Source: Gemmatimonadales bacterium
Lineage (GTDB): Bacteria > Gemmatimonadota > Gemmatimonadetes > Gemmatimonadales > GWC2-71-9
DNA length: 39,983 bases
Direction: 5' to 3'
Assembly (NCBI GenBank): GCA_039794085.1
Contig: JBDIWC010000037.1
Coordinates: 1-39,983 of the forward strand
Below, one piece after another: positions 15,228 through 25,728 of this stretch. The notes beneath the pieces were generated by a model, which saw only the letters and a program-made list of their open reading frames with translations, was not told the origin of the DNA and did no database searches. Made by a program: the position numbers and the translations under genes. Position 1 is the first letter of the stretch, and each line of letters opens with the position of its first letter.

Positions 15228-17678
15228 TCAGGGAATCGGCGCACGGGGCCGGTGACGAAGGATGAAGAGACCTTCCCGCATGCTCGACACCGCGATGAGG
15301 CCGCTCGGAAAGTACGGGTAGTTGCTCCACGACCCGGTGAATCCCGCGGAATTGTTACCGAGAGGAACCGTGTCGAAGTGTCCCACCTCACGGGGCGCGG
15401 TGGGATCGCCGACGTCGATGATGCGGAGGCCCGCGGCATAGTTGGACTGGTACATGTACCGGCCCTTCACGTACAGATTGTGATCGGAGGCCGCCGTTTC
15501 GCCGAGAAACTCCCGCAGCAGGACCGGATCGTCGAGATCGGTCACATCCCAGACCAGGGTCCGGGTGCGAGCCACGGTTCCCGCCAGCTCGTCGAGTTCA
15601 TCGTTCAGGTAGAAGTATTTGTGATCGTCGCTCAGCCACCCCTGGTGGGAGTAACCCACGTTGGGGTACGAGGCGTTGGAGATCGCCTTCGGGTTCTTCT
15701 TGTCGGTGACGTCGGCGATGCCGATCGCGGTCTCGGAGGCGTTGAAACAGATCTGCCGCCCCTGGTACCGGGTGTCCGGCCCGTGGTACACCGTACACTG
15801 CGCATCGTGGGTGTAGCCGGTCCGGGCGGTGCCAGTGGCGGGATCGCCGAAGCAGCCGGCGAAGGTGGGTGCCGTGGGACTCCGGATGTCGATCATGTGG
15901 AGCGCGCCGCCGCAGGTTTCTCCTCCCATGCTGGCCCCCACCGCATAGGCGAAGCCCGACGCCTCGTCGATCACGATGTTGTGCGCGCTCGCAATGCCGT
16001 TGTAGTGTGCCGTTTCCGCGAACGTGGCGGGGGCGTTCGTCACCGAGAGCAGCTGGGTCAGGTCAAACACCTGCATCCCGTGGGGTCCCGCCCCATCCGA
16101 CACGATGAAGGCGTGGTCCCGGTAGACCTTCATGTCCCGCCACAGGTTGGGGTGGGCCCCCTGGTGCAGGGGCAGATCCCCCAGGAACACCGGGTTCGCC
16201 GGATCGGTGATCTCCACGAACGAGGTCCCGTCGAACCGGCCGATGAGGACGAACTCGCGCCCGCTCCCGGCATGAGTCCATCCCCAGAGGTCGTTCACCA
16301 TGATGCCGCGCTTGGCGCCCACGGCGCTCGCCGGCAGGAAGGACACCACATCCACGTCCTGGCACGTGAACAGCTCCACCTTCCCTTCCTCACAACGCCG
16401 TTCGCCGCCGGTGATCGCCTGGAGATAGGGAGTGTCGTCCACAATCGATGCCGTTTCCGTCCACTGGCCACCGGCACCGCGGGAGTAGATCCTCCCCTTC
16501 CCTTCGAAGAAGTCGTCCGAGGGAGCCCCTATCGCGAGAATGCCCGCCGCACCGGCCATCGCGGACCCGAATCCGACCCCCACACCGGACATCGGCACCG
16601 TGATCTTCTGGCCCTCGGACCAGGTCCCGTCCGGACCCCGACGGAGAATGTGCACCGCACCGGCACCGCCACCACTCACCGGGGCGCCCACCGCGAGATC
16701 ATCCCCGGCCCGAACGATGGAGCTCCCGAACATCGCGGGTCCCGACGCCGAGGAGGGGGTGATCACCCGGCCCGGACCCCAGCCCGAATCCCCTCGGGCA
16801 TGCACCTGGAGTCCCCCGGCCATGCCGTTTCCGAAGGGGCTCCCCACGAACGCCTCTCTTCCATTGATCAGAATCGCGCTTCCGAAGCCGCGCATCTCTC
16901 CCGACGCGGGCGCCAGCCGACCCTCCAAATTCCACTCCGCGCCTGCGCGACGGTAGGCGAACACCGCCCCCTCCTTCGGTTGGCCCCCGCCGAGGAATCC
17001 GCCGGCGGTCGGTCCGGGAGCACCGACCAGAACGCGCTCTCCGTCGAACGCGAGAGCGGCGCCGAACCGGTCGCCCACAGCCACCTCCGCGGAGAGGGTT
17101 CCGGCCGGGACCCAGGTGCCATCCGCACCACGGCGGAAGGCGTGGACCTTCCCGGTTCCTCCGGCGTCGTTCGGGGCTCCGAGCAGGATCACGTCGCCCA
17201 CCACCGCCACAGCGGATCCCACCCCGGCACCGGCTCCCGCGGTGGCCGCGACCAATCGGGCCCGCTCGGTCCATCCCGTGGCGGCGCGCTGATAGACGAA
17301 CGCGGCGCCGCGTCCCTCGTCGCTCCCTGGAGCACCCACGACCAGCCACTCTCCGGCCACCGCCAGGGAACCACCGAACCCGTCTCCCACTCCGGTTCCC
17401 GATCCGGCAAAGCTCCCCACTTCGGACCAGCTCCCGTTCCTCGCCGAGAAGAGATGCACGGCACCCGCCTGAACCACCGGCATCGGGAATCCGGCCACGG
17501 CGCCGGGACGGCCCACCAGGAGTTGGTCCCCCGCCATCGCCACGGCCGAGCCGAACCCAAGGCGGGCCATGGGGTGGGGACCATCTCCAACCCTGGTCTG
17601 GGCGGCGAGTGAGGTAAGGGAGACCAGACCGGCCACGAGCCCGAGGGCGGTGGGGGTCCATCGAGAGGTGCGAACCAT
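15228..17678 (-). CDS. Choice-of-anchor B family protein with N-terminal FG-GAP repeats
   Basis: FG.AVA..G..L.VGAP repeats; C-terminal NDLWGWT, WRDMKVY, AHNIVI, YTHDAQC, YSHQGWL, DHNLYV, GSWSNYPYFPSG. Confidence 0.88.
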   Translation of the reverse strand: MVRTSRWTPTALGLVAGLVSLTSLAAQTRVGDGPHPMARLGFGSAVAMAGDQLLVGRPGAVAGFPMPVVQAGAVHLFSARNGSWSEVGSFAGSGTGVGDGFGGSLAVAGEWLVVGAPGSDEGRGAAFVYQRAATGWTERARLVAATAGAGAGVGSAVAVVGDVILLGAPNDAGGTGKVHAFRRGADGTWVPAGTLSAEVAVGDRFGAALAFDGERVLVGAPGPTAGGFLGGGQPKEGAVFAYRRAGAEWNLEGRLAPASGEMRGFGSAILINGREAFVGSPFGNGMAGGLQVHARGDSGWGPGRVITPSSASGPAMFGSSIVRAGDDLAVGAPVSGGGAGAVHILRRGPDGTWSEGQKITVPMSGVGVGFGSAMAGAAGILAIGAPSDDFFEGKGRIYSRGAGGQWTETASIVDDTPYLQAITGGERRCEEGKVELFTCQDVDVVSFLPASAVGAKRGIMVNDLWGWTHAGSGREFVLIGRFDGTSFVEITDPANPVFLGDLPLHQGAHPNLWRDMKVYRDHAFIVSDGAGPHGMQVFDLTQLLSVTNAPATFAETAHYNGIASAHNIVIDEASGFAYAVGASMGGETCGGALHMIDIRSPTAPTFAGCFGDPATGTARTGYTHDAQCTVYHGPDTRYQGRQICFNASETAIGIADVTDKKNPKAISNASYPNVGYSHQGWLSDDHKYFYLNDELDELAGTVARTRTLVWDVTDLDDPVLLREFLGETAASDHNLYVKGRYMYQSNYAAGLRIIDVGDPTAPREVGHFDTVPLGNNSAGFTGSWSNYPYFPSGLIAVSSMREGLFILRHRPRAPIP

Positions 17679-17862
17679 GAGTTGCTCCTGCGTGCATGGA
17701 GGAGGAAGTCATCCAGAAATCCAACCGGGACCGCCACGGAATCTACCGGGTACAGGCGATGTTGCCAGCGCGGCGGGTCCTTCCTCCCAACGAGCGGGAT
17801 GCGCTCCCGGTTTCAGGAGCGCGGGAGGGAGGTGGGGGTGATGGTGACCGGGCCGCCGGGCC

Positions 17863-18444
17863 TTACATGCGCGGGACGTACATGATGTGGGCCTTCGGTG
17901 TGCCCGGGAACATCAGCCACGGTTTTCCGGGCGCCGGACGGGCGGGAATCCCTGAGCTTTCCTCGGTGGCGTTCGGGATGTAGACCACATAGAGCGGCCG
18001 TGCCCCCGTCACGACATTGGTGGCGGGATCCCAGCTTCCGGCGGGCCCGGTGAGGGAGTAGAGCGACGCGGGGCCCGAGGGCACCGGCAGCTTCCCCTCC
18101 CGCACTTCGCGGAACCGGACCGTGTCGACCTGGTCCCCCTCGACTCCCTCAATGCGAAGCGCTCGGCCCCGGGCCATGAAGGGCTCCATCGCCTCGTGAT
18201 AGCATGCCACCTGAAAGGCCGCGACGGCCGGATTGTCGGCGAGGCAGATCATCCCGTTGGTTCCCTTGCGGAGCTCGGTGAGCACGCCGGAGGTCCGGTA
18301 GCCCAGCACCGTGGCCCCCTCGCGGAATGCGTCGGGCAGCGGGAGCACCGCACTCGCGATCTGCTGGGCGGGGGTGGGAAGCTCCTGCGCGGGGAGCCCC
18401 CCGGCGATCAGGGCAACGAGACCAAGACCGGGCATCACTCTCAT
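17863..18444 (-). CDS. Conserved secreted hypothetical protein
   Basis: Signal peptide; SAVLPLP..R.GATV, GTNGMICLAD, PWLMFPGTPKAHIM motifs; core-like codon bias. Confidence 0.75.
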   Translation of the reverse strand: MRVMPGLGLVALIAGGLPAQELPTPAQQIASAVLPLPDAFREGATVLGYRTSGVLTELRKGTNGMICLADNPAVAAFQVACYHEAMEPFMARGRALRIEGVEGDQVDTVRFREVREGKLPVPSGPASLYSLTGPAGSWDPATNVVTGARPLYVVYIPNATEESSGIPARPAPGKPWLMFPGTPKAHIMYVPRM

Positions 18445-18525
18445 GAACCAACTCCTCGCGAACGGTGGGTGGGAAGACAACCTCGCTTGAAACTACGCCC
18501 CGGACGCGGGTCGCGCCAGCAGAAG

Positions 18526-19093
18526 CCCTCACCCCCGGCCCCTCTCCCGCAGAGCGGGAGAGGGGGGAAGCTTGAAGGAGAAAGTTCGAAGTTGGAATGG
18601 GGACGTAGGGGCGAAATGCTTTCGCCCGCATGGGATGCTCACACGAAGCCACGAAGAGCACGAAGGAAATCGGGATCCCGATCGCACATCGGGAGCGTCA
18701 TTCCGGCGAACGCCGGAATCCATTCGCGGTTGGTGCAAAGAACTCACGCGGAGACGCGGAGCCGCGGAGGTCGCATCGTGCTGGTGGGGAACGGCCACAC
18801 GAGGCACTTTTCTTGTGTCTTTTGTGCTTTTTGTGGTTGGCTGTCGGGAGGGGGGGAAACCACAGATGACGCCGATGACACAGAGCCCCACCCCACCGAC
18901 TGAAAGCCCAAGACCCAAGGCCAACACTGGGTAATGGACGTTGGGTATTCGACCGGCCTGGGCAGCATTCCATCTGCGTCATCCGTGTCATCCGTGGTCT
19001 TGTTCCTACTCCACCCATCCCTGTCGCGGTGGACACCGGACGCCTTCCCGGACCAGGACCCACATTTCGTGCCTTTCGTGTTTTTCGTGGTTC
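18526..19093. repeat. Intergenic cluster of several REP-like palindromes and 8-9-nt periodic repeat arms
   Basis: CCCTCACCCCCGGCCCCTCTCCC..GGGAGAGGG (18526-18567); GTAGGGGCGAAATGCTTTCGCCC (18605-18627); GTCATTCCGGCG..CGCCGGAATCC; periodic arms at 18638, 18744, 18814, 18859, 18971 and 19065. Confidence 0.8.
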
Positions 19094-19224
19094 CAACCCG
19101 ACCGACTCCGGGAACCCCAACCGGCCCACACGCGCCGGAGCAGTCTCGCCCTCACGACGCGGACCCCATACATTCCAGAAAGGCACCCACCCCGCGACTC
19201 GTTCCCCGCCGAAGGAGCACCATC

Positions 19225-19872
19225 ATGACCAACCGCACACTCGTCCTCCTCAGCCTGGCCCTCGCCACCGTCCCTCCCCTGGCCGCCCAGGGCCCCGACC
19301 CGAAGATGAACTTCTTCGTCACCAGCATCGGATCCGGCGATGGCGCCAATCTCGGCGGCCTGGCCGGGGCCGACCGCCACTGCACCGAACTCGCGGCCGC
19401 CGTCGGCGACACCAGCCTCACCTGGCACGCCTACCTGAGCGCCACGGCCACCGACACCTCCGCGACCGTGAACGCGCGGGACCGGATCGGAACCGGACCC
19501 TGGTACAACCAGGCCGGGATCCGGATCGCGGGCAGCGTGGAGGAGCTCCACGGCGAGAACAACAACCTCACCAAGCAGACCGTGATCACCGAGAAGGGCG
19601 GCGTGGTCAATGGACGGGGCGACTCCCCCAACCGGCACGACATCCTCACAGGCTCTCAGCCCGACGGCACCGCATACCCCGGCACCGGGGACACGACGTG
19701 CCGCAACTGGACCAGCAACGGGGCGGGAAGCGCCCGGGTGGGCCACCACGACCGGCAGGGAGGCGGGCAGTTTCCTACCTCCTGGAACTCGGCCCACCCC
19801 TCCCGGGGGTGCGGGCAACAGGATCTGCAGGGAACCGGAGGAAACGGTCTGTTCTACTGTTTCGGCGTCTGA
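19225..19872 (+). CDS. Secreted lectin-like (endostatin/C-type-lectin fold) protein
   Basis: AAGGAG RBS, signal peptide; NFFVTS.GSGDGANLGGLAGADRHC, WHAYLS, HDILTGS, TGGNGLFYCF. Confidence 0.82.
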   Translation: MTNRTLVLLSLALATVPPLAAQGPDPKMNFFVTSIGSGDGANLGGLAGADRHCTELAAAVGDTSLTWHAYLSATATDTSATVNARDRIGTGPWYNQAGIRIAGSVEELHGENNNLTKQTVITEKGGVVNGRGDSPNRHDILTGSQPDGTAYPGTGDTTCRNWTSNGAGSARVGHHDRQGGGQFPTSWNSAHPSRGCGQQDLQGTGGNGLFYCFGV

Positions 19873-21782
19873 CGGCGGGCCGCTGAGTCGTCCCGCAGCC
19901 CTTCGGCCACGACCGAAAGCCGGTTCAGTTCGGCCAGGAGTTCGTCGAGGTCGAAGGGCTTGGTGAGAACCGGAGCCCCCGTTTCCCGGGCGAAGGCCAC
20001 CGTCTCGGGCTGGGAAGGATCCCCGCTCATCAGAATGAAGCGGGACACCAGGCCAGGCCGGAGACCGGCCAGTTCGCGGTGCAGATCAACGCCCCGCTCC
20101 TCGCCAAGCCGTTGATCGCAGAGCACGGCATCGATCGGAACCGTCCGGGCGATCCTGATCGCCTCGGCACGGCTCGTCGCCACGTGAACCTCATACCCTC
20201 GTCCGGCCAGGTAACGCTCCAGGGCGGAGAGAATGGCCGGCTCATCATCCACCACGAGAAGCTGGGTGGGGGTCGGATGTCGATCAGGAGCCTGGTCACC
20301 GCCGGATCCGCTCTCCGGCATCCTGGTCCCGCGGATCGCGGGCAGCGACAGACGAAACCCCGCACCGCCCAGTCCCGACTCCACAAGCACCAGGTCCCCC
20401 GCACGCAACCGGGCCAGCCGGCGGGCCAGGGCGAGTCCGAGTCCGGTTCCCTCGTTGCCCTTCGTCGTCACGAAGGGGTCGAAGAGCGTCTCCTTGAGCT
20501 CCGGGGGCACCCCGGGCCCGTCATCCTCCACAGTGAGGAGCGCCTCCCCATTCACCCATTCCGTCGTGATGCGGATCCGCCCTCCGCCGTTGCACCTGTG
20601 CATGGCGAACTCCGCGTTCAGCAGGAGATTCCCCAGGATCCGCTCCAATTCCCCCGCGATCCCTTCCACCAGGATCGGGTGACCCCCATCCTCGATGACC
20701 GTTTCCACCTGCACACCGTGGGCGGCAAACTGTGGCTCATGGGCGCGCACCGACCGGCGCACGACATCGTTCAGGTCGACCGTGGTCAGCGGGGCCTCAC
20801 GTCCCCGGCTCCGCTCGAGAAGTCGGCGCGCGAGCAGTGATGCCCGGGCTCCCTCCTCCCGGATCACCTCCATCGTTTCCCGGGCCTCGGGCGGAAGGTG
20901 CTCACTCCACTGAGCCAGAACCTCGCAATGGAGTTGCACGCTGGCGATCGGATTGTTGAGGTCATGCGCGATGCCCGAGACCAGCATGCCGAGATCCACC
21001 AGCGCCTCCTGACGACGCGCCTCGGCCGCCATCCGCAGCTCGGCCGATCGGTCGTGGATGGAGAAGAGGCAGCCGAGCAGGTGGCCGTCCTCACCCGTCA
21101 CCGGGCTCGCCACGACCTCTGCCGGCAGCCGTCGCCCGTCGGGCAGCGGAAGCACAGCACTCCACTCTCCCTTGGGCAGGGCCGACGCCAGCGGACTCCC
21201 ATCCGCCCCGGGGACCAGTGCACGGATCGACCCCTCGGCACCCTCCGGCAGGGCAAAAAGCGACCGGGCCTTGTCGTTCACGTACCGGATCTCTCCATAT
21301 TCATTGGCTAGCAGCATCGCATCGGGCGAGGTGTCGAGAGCCACCGACATGATGTCCCGCGCGGTCCGCCGGGCCTGTTCGGCGGTGCGGAGGTACCAGC
21401 CGAGCCACACCCCGAGGAGGCCGATGACGCCGACCGCGACACCCAGCGCGGTGCGTGTGGCCATGTCGGCTCCGTGCCCATACCCTTCGCCGAACCATCC
21501 CTCGAAGAACCAGACCATGATCCCGCTGCCGAGAACCACCAGCAGGCCGCGGCGAAACCCTCCATGGTACCCCGCGACCACCACGGGAACAGCATGCACG
21601 AACCAGAGGAGGTGCGAGGTCACCCCGACTGCGGGCCGGATGGCGGGATGCAGCAGGGGAACGAAGAAGAGAACCACCGCCGTCACCAGCAGACCACGAC
21701 CGGGTCCCCGCCAGGTGGGGGAAGCCGCACGTGATTCCTTCCAGGAGTGCGGCGTCGAATCGGTCGAATCAGCGGACATCAC
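19854..21782 (-). CDS. Membrane hybrid sensor histidine kinase (PAS-HisKA-HATPase-REC)
   Basis: GIAHDLNNP H-box, NLLLNA, VEDDGPGV, GTGLGL, receiver LLVVDDE...LTKPF. Confidence 0.92.
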   Translation of the reverse strand: MMSADSTDSTPHSWKESRAASPTWRGPGRGLLVTAVVLFFVPLLHPAIRPAVGVTSHLLWFVHAVPVVVAGYHGGFRRGLLVVLGSGIMVWFFEGWFGEGYGHGADMATRTALGVAVGVIGLLGVWLGWYLRTAEQARRTARDIMSVALDTSPDAMLLANEYGEIRYVNDKARSLFALPEGAEGSIRALVPGADGSPLASALPKGEWSAVLPLPDGRRLPAEVVASPVTGEDGHLLGCLFSIHDRSAELRMAAEARRQEALVDLGMLVSGIAHDLNNPIASVQLHCEVLAQWSEHLPPEARETMEVIREEGARASLLARRLLERSRGREAPLTTVDLNDVVRRSVRAHEPQFAAHGVQVETVIEDGGHPILVEGIAGELERILGNLLLNAEFAMHRCNGGGRIRITTEWVNGEALLTVEDDGPGVPPELKETLFDPFVTTKGNEGTGLGLALARRLARLRAGDLVLVESGLGGAGFRLSLPAIRGTRMPESGSGGDQAPDRHPTPTQLLVVDDEPAILSALERYLAGRGYEVHVATSRAEAIRIARTVPIDAVLCDQRLGEERGVDLHRELAGLRPGLVSRFILMSGDPSQPETVAFARETGAPVLTKPFDLDELLAELNRLSVVAEGLRDDSAARRQTPKQ

Positions 21783-21813
21783 GCCTCACGAAAGGTAGGG
21801 GAGCGCATCAGGC

Positions 21814-22368
21814 TCACGGTTCGGCGAGAAGTCGCCGCACGGCGGGCTCGAAGGAGAGCATGGCCAGCGGACCCAGGGCCTTGTGACGAATGCGGCCGGT
21901 CCGGTCCAGAAGAAAGGAGGTCGGATAACCCCGGATTCCGCCAAACTGCAACTCCGCATCGCGGCCGACGATCGCCACGGGGTAGGTGATGCCCCGCGTC
22001 GCCAGAAATTGTCGCACGTCATCCGGGGGCCCGAGATCGCGGGAGAGGCCGAGGACCACCAGGCCAGCGTCGCGATGCCGGTCCGCCATGGCCTGCAGGA
22101 GGGGCATCTCCACTCGGCATGGAGGGCACCAGGTGGCCCAGAAGTTCACCAGCACCACCTTCCCCCGCAACGTGTCGTCGGTGATCGCAGCACCCTCCAG
22201 ACTCGTCACCGCGAACTGCGGCCGCTCCACCACCTCGTTCCCGGTCTCGATCCCGACGACCGTCGCGAGGTGTGGAGCAAGCTGGATCAGGATCCACCCC
22301 CACAGGGCGGCCATGACCACGGTCCAGAGGGTGAATTTCCTTGAGGACTCGGGGTCCGGGTGCGTCAT
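21814..22368 (-). CDS. TlpA/ResA-like thiol-disulfide oxidoreductase
   Basis: N-terminal TM; LVNFWATWCPPCRVEMP; GYPTSFLLD. Confidence 0.92.
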   Translation of the reverse strand: MTHPDPESSRKFTLWTVVMAALWGWILIQLAPHLATVVGIETGNEVVERPQFAVTSLEGAAITDDTLRGKVVLVNFWATWCPPCRVEMPLLQAMADRHRDAGLVVLGLSRDLGPPDDVRQFLATRGITYPVAIVGRDAELQFGGIRGYPTSFLLDRTGRIRHKALGPLAMLSFEPAVRRLLAEP

Positions 22369-22408
22369 GGGGGGAAACGTGGCGGAGGATGGGAAAGGGG
22401 AGTCACTA

Positions 22409-25204
22409 TCATCCTCCCGGGGCCATGAGATCCCGTGCCGCTCTCAACAGGGCCGTGACCGATCGCTGGGTCTCCGCGGACACGGGCGCGTCACTCTCTT
22501 CCACCGTGACGAAGGCCCGGAGGACGTCACGCCACATCGCGTCCAGGGGGGTATCGATTACCTGCGCGGCGCTGGCGGCCTCACGCGATGCCCGCGCCAC
22601 CGTGAGGTCGCGCAGAACCCGGCCTGTTTCATGGGAGACGGTATACTGCCGCTGGATCTCTTCGCGCGATGCGCCCCGGAGCGGATCGGGCTCGATCAGG
22701 AGCGGGGCCGTGAGGGTTTCCTCACCGGTGCTGAGGTGAACCGTGTATCGGCCCGGTGGCACCCGGGTCCCGCGCACGCCCTCCACCGTGGGCACCGGAG
22801 ACGCGTGCCGCAGATCCCAGACGAGTCGATGGAGACCGGGAGCGTCTGAGGGGTGCGGATCCGGCCCGCCGGCCTCACTGGAGTACCTCCGCACCACGTC
22901 ACCCCGGGCATCACGAATGTCCAGCGCCACCTCGCCGGGAGCGCGATCCCGGAGGATCCAGTGCAGCATCACGCCGTCAGGTCCAAGCGACGGGGCGGGA
23001 TCATCGGACGGGGGAGTGGTGGTCAGGAGACGGGGACGGGCCCGCCGCACCACGGGCGGTGAAAAGAGATGTGCCGAGGCGGACAGGTGCGCCCCGGTGA
23101 GCTGCCGCAACGGGGTGACATCGTCCAGCGCCCAGAGACCCCGGCCATCCGTGGCGGCCACCAGCGCGGGTCCCGTCACCACGAGATCGCGATATCCCGT
23201 CGGCGGAAGGCCCGATCGCAGGGGCAGCCATCCCTCTCCCTCATCGAATGACACGTAAACACCGTCTCCCGTGCCGGCGTAGAGCAACCCGCGGCGCACC
23301 GGGTCCGCCCTCACACTGTACGTCACCGCTCCCGCCGGAAGCCCCCGAACCACCGCAGTCCATGAGCGCCCTCCATCGCGCGAGCGGAAGAGGCGCGGGC
23401 CCGGAGGGTCCCCGGGGGTGGCTTCCGCCGCCAGCCATGCCGTCAGGGTGTCGAAAGGCGACGCCTCGATCCCCGACACCCTGGACCCAGGTCGAAGCTC
23501 CGGAGGCGTGACCCGCTGCCAGGTTGCACCACCGTCCCGCGTCAGGTGGACTGCTCCGTCGGCCGAGCCGGCCCAGAGCCATCGTATCGAGCGCGCGGAC
23601 GGAGCGAGAATCCGAATCTCTGATCGTCCCGGCACCGCATCCGAGCCCCCTGGATCCCCCATCGATGTCCACGAGGTCCCGCCATCCGCCGAACGCCAGA
23701 CCCCCTCTCCCCCGACCAGGAGCGTGGCCGAATCAGCGGAGGAAAAAACCAGGGGGATGAGCGCGCCGGAGGGATTCCCGGTCCCGCTCCCGGGGGGACC
23801 GCCGTTCCGGATCACACCCGTCCTCCGGTCGATCCTCGTCACGCGTCCGCTGTACCACACCTCCGGGTCCCGTGGATCCGGCACAACGGTGCCCTCCCGC
23901 CCCGCGGGTGTCCAGTTTCCATCGAGCGACCCGCAGACCGGACCCTGGTCACCCGTCGCACAGATCCGCCCAGATGCGGCGTTCCCCGCAGCCACCTGAA
24001 CAAACCTCCCCGTGGGCTGGTTCTGCATGCTGCTCCAGGTCTCACCTCCGTTCACCGACACCAGGGCGCCCTGATCCGATCCCACCACCAGCACGCGCGG
24101 GTTGCCCGGGTCCACCCGGATCGTGTGATATCGGCCGCCGGGAATCGGGCCGCGCAGCATGGACCAGGTGCGTCCCGCATCGAGCGACCGGGTGAGCGCG
24201 TCCCCCGCGGCGTACAGGATGTCCGGACTCCGGGGATCCACCTGGATCTCGTGCACCCCCACCGCGGCGGGAAGCACCCTCCAACTGTTCCCCGCATCAT
24301 CGGAGCGATAGACCGTCTCCCGTCCCTTCACCTCCACCACCGCATAGAGACGGCTCTGCAACCCCGGGGCGCCCGCGAGGCGAATGGCTCCGATCCCCTC
24401 TTCCGCGGACGGAAGCCCCTGGGTGAGCCTCCGCCAGGTGGTGCCCCCGTCGATGGACTTGTGAAGCCCGGTGATCGAGGTTCCCGGCGACCGGGCTCGC
24501 GCGTCGACCAGGGCCGCATAGATGATGTTGGCGTCGACCGGATCCAGGATCACATCCACCGCCCCCACCGTCATCTCTCCCCCCAGAAGGCGCGTGAAGG
24601 TGCTTCCCCCGTCGAGGGACCGGTACAGACCCCGATCGGCATGGGGCACCTGACCCTCTCCCGCCGCCGCCACGAAGAGCCGGTCCGGGTTCCGCGGATC
24701 GACCACGATCGCGGCGATCCGGCGGCTCTCCCGCAGGCCGAGATGACTCCAGGTGGCGCCGCCATCCACCGACTTGTGGACCCCATCCCCCACCGCCAGG
24801 GCCTCACCGGGCCTCGCATCTCCCCCCCCCACGTACACCACGTCGGGGTGTGAAGGAGACACGGCAATGGCTCCGATCGCACCGGACGGTTGGCCATCGA
24901 AGATCGGTCTCCACACCCGCCCGTAATCGGTCGTGGTCCACACGCCCCCGTCGCTGACCCCGGCAAGGAAGAGACCCGGTCGGCTCGGCACGCCGGCCAC
25001 CGCGGGGGTGCGGCCCCCCTGAAGGGGACCCAGGGAGCGCCAGGTCATTTCACTGAAGAGAGCGGCCGTGGCGCGCTGACCGGCGAGCGCCGCGGGAAAG
25101 GCGGGTCCCGCAGCCAACACCGCGAGCAGGATCAAGGGGAGACGAAACCGGCGGAGATGCCCGGGGAGAGAACACGCGACGATCCCCGGGGACCCCCCGG
25201 TCAC
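22409..25204 (-). CDS. Secreted BNR/Asp-box (VPS10/sortilin-like) beta-propeller protein
   Basis: WRSLGP..GGR; repeated S.DGG.TW Asp-boxes; GLHRLVWDLR, PPGRYTV C-terminus. Confidence 0.85.
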   Translation of the reverse strand: MTGGSPGIVACSLPGHLRRFRLPLILLAVLAAGPAFPAALAGQRATAALFSEMTWRSLGPLQGGRTPAVAGVPSRPGLFLAGVSDGGVWTTTDYGRVWRPIFDGQPSGAIGAIAVSPSHPDVVYVGGGDARPGEALAVGDGVHKSVDGGATWSHLGLRESRRIAAIVVDPRNPDRLFVAAAGEGQVPHADRGLYRSLDGGSTFTRLLGGEMTVGAVDVILDPVDANIIYAALVDARARSPGTSITGLHKSIDGGTTWRRLTQGLPSAEEGIGAIRLAGAPGLQSRLYAVVEVKGRETVYRSDDAGNSWRVLPAAVGVHEIQVDPRSPDILYAAGDALTRSLDAGRTWSMLRGPIPGGRYHTIRVDPGNPRVLVVGSDQGALVSVNGGETWSSMQNQPTGRFVQVAAGNAASGRICATGDQGPVCGSLDGNWTPAGREGTVVPDPRDPEVWYSGRVTRIDRRTGVIRNGGPPGSGTGNPSGALIPLVFSSADSATLLVGGEGVWRSADGGTSWTSMGDPGGSDAVPGRSEIRILAPSARSIRWLWAGSADGAVHLTRDGGATWQRVTPPELRPGSRVSGIEASPFDTLTAWLAAEATPGDPPGPRLFRSRDGGRSWTAVVRGLPAGAVTYSVRADPVRRGLLYAGTGDGVYVSFDEGEGWLPLRSGLPPTGYRDLVVTGPALVAATDGRGLWALDDVTPLRQLTGAHLSASAHLFSPPVVRRARPRLLTTTPPSDDPAPSLGPDGVMLHWILRDRAPGEVALDIRDARGDVVRRYSSEAGGPDPHPSDAPGLHRLVWDLRHASPVPTVEGVRGTRVPPGRYTVHLSTGEETLTAPLLIEPDPLRGASREEIQRQYTVSHETGRVLRDLTVARASREAASAAQVIDTPLDAMWRDVLRAFVTVEESDAPVSAETQRSVTALLRAARDLMAPGG

Positions 25205-25728
25205 GGCGAGGGCGCCCCGTACCGGAGGAGAGTCGTGGTCACCTGGCCCTCCGTGAGGACCACGATGTAGAGTCGGTCGTACTCACTGTCCTCTATCGCG
25301 CTCACCGGACCGCCGCCCAGGGCGAGAACCAGTCCGGGAACCGTGTTGCTGTGCCCCACCACCAGGACCCTTCCTCCACGGGAACGGAGTGTGTGCGCGG
25401 TGGCCGCGGGATCGCGTGGATCGTAGGTCTCGATCGTGAGGCCCCGGGCCGTGGCCAGCGGCTCCGCTGTCCGGCGGGTCCTCTTGAAATCGGAACTGAA
25501 GACGGCTGTTACCCCCTCCTCACCCAGGACGCGCGCGAGTTCGGCGGCCCGCACCCGGCCGGCCGGCGAGAGATCGGAATCGGCGCTCTCGTCCACCTTT
25601 TCGGCATGCCGCACGAGGTAAACCACCGTCGCGGGTGGGATCCTCTCCTGCGCCGCGAGTATGTGTGCCCCACTCCCCAGGACCAGCCCCAGGAGCAGGC
25701 CGAGGGAGCGGAACGCGGCCCGTCTCAC
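25201..25728 (-). CDS. Histidine phosphatase (SixA/phosphoglycerate-mutase-like), exported
   Basis: [33 protein letters not shown] start overlaps the M28 stop. Confidence 0.88.
   Translation of the reverse strand: MRRAAFRSLGLLLGLVLGSGAHILAAQERIPPATVVYLVRHAEKVDESADSDLSPAGRVRAAELARVLGEEGVTAVFSSDFKRTRRTAEPLATARGLTIETYDPRDPAATAHTLRSRGGRVLVVGHSNTVPGLVLALGGGPVSAIEDSEYDRLYIVVLTEGQVTTTLLRYGAPSP

Noticed and set aside
12231..17612. Long plus-strand ORFs 12231-14066 and 15195-17612
   Set aside because: Antisense shadows of clear minus-strand genes, as expected in high-GC DNA.
18529..19224. Several 70-160 aa ORFs and the 97-aa extension of the lectin ORF
   Set aside because: Translations of repeat arms and REPs; the RBS and signal peptide place the real start at 19225.
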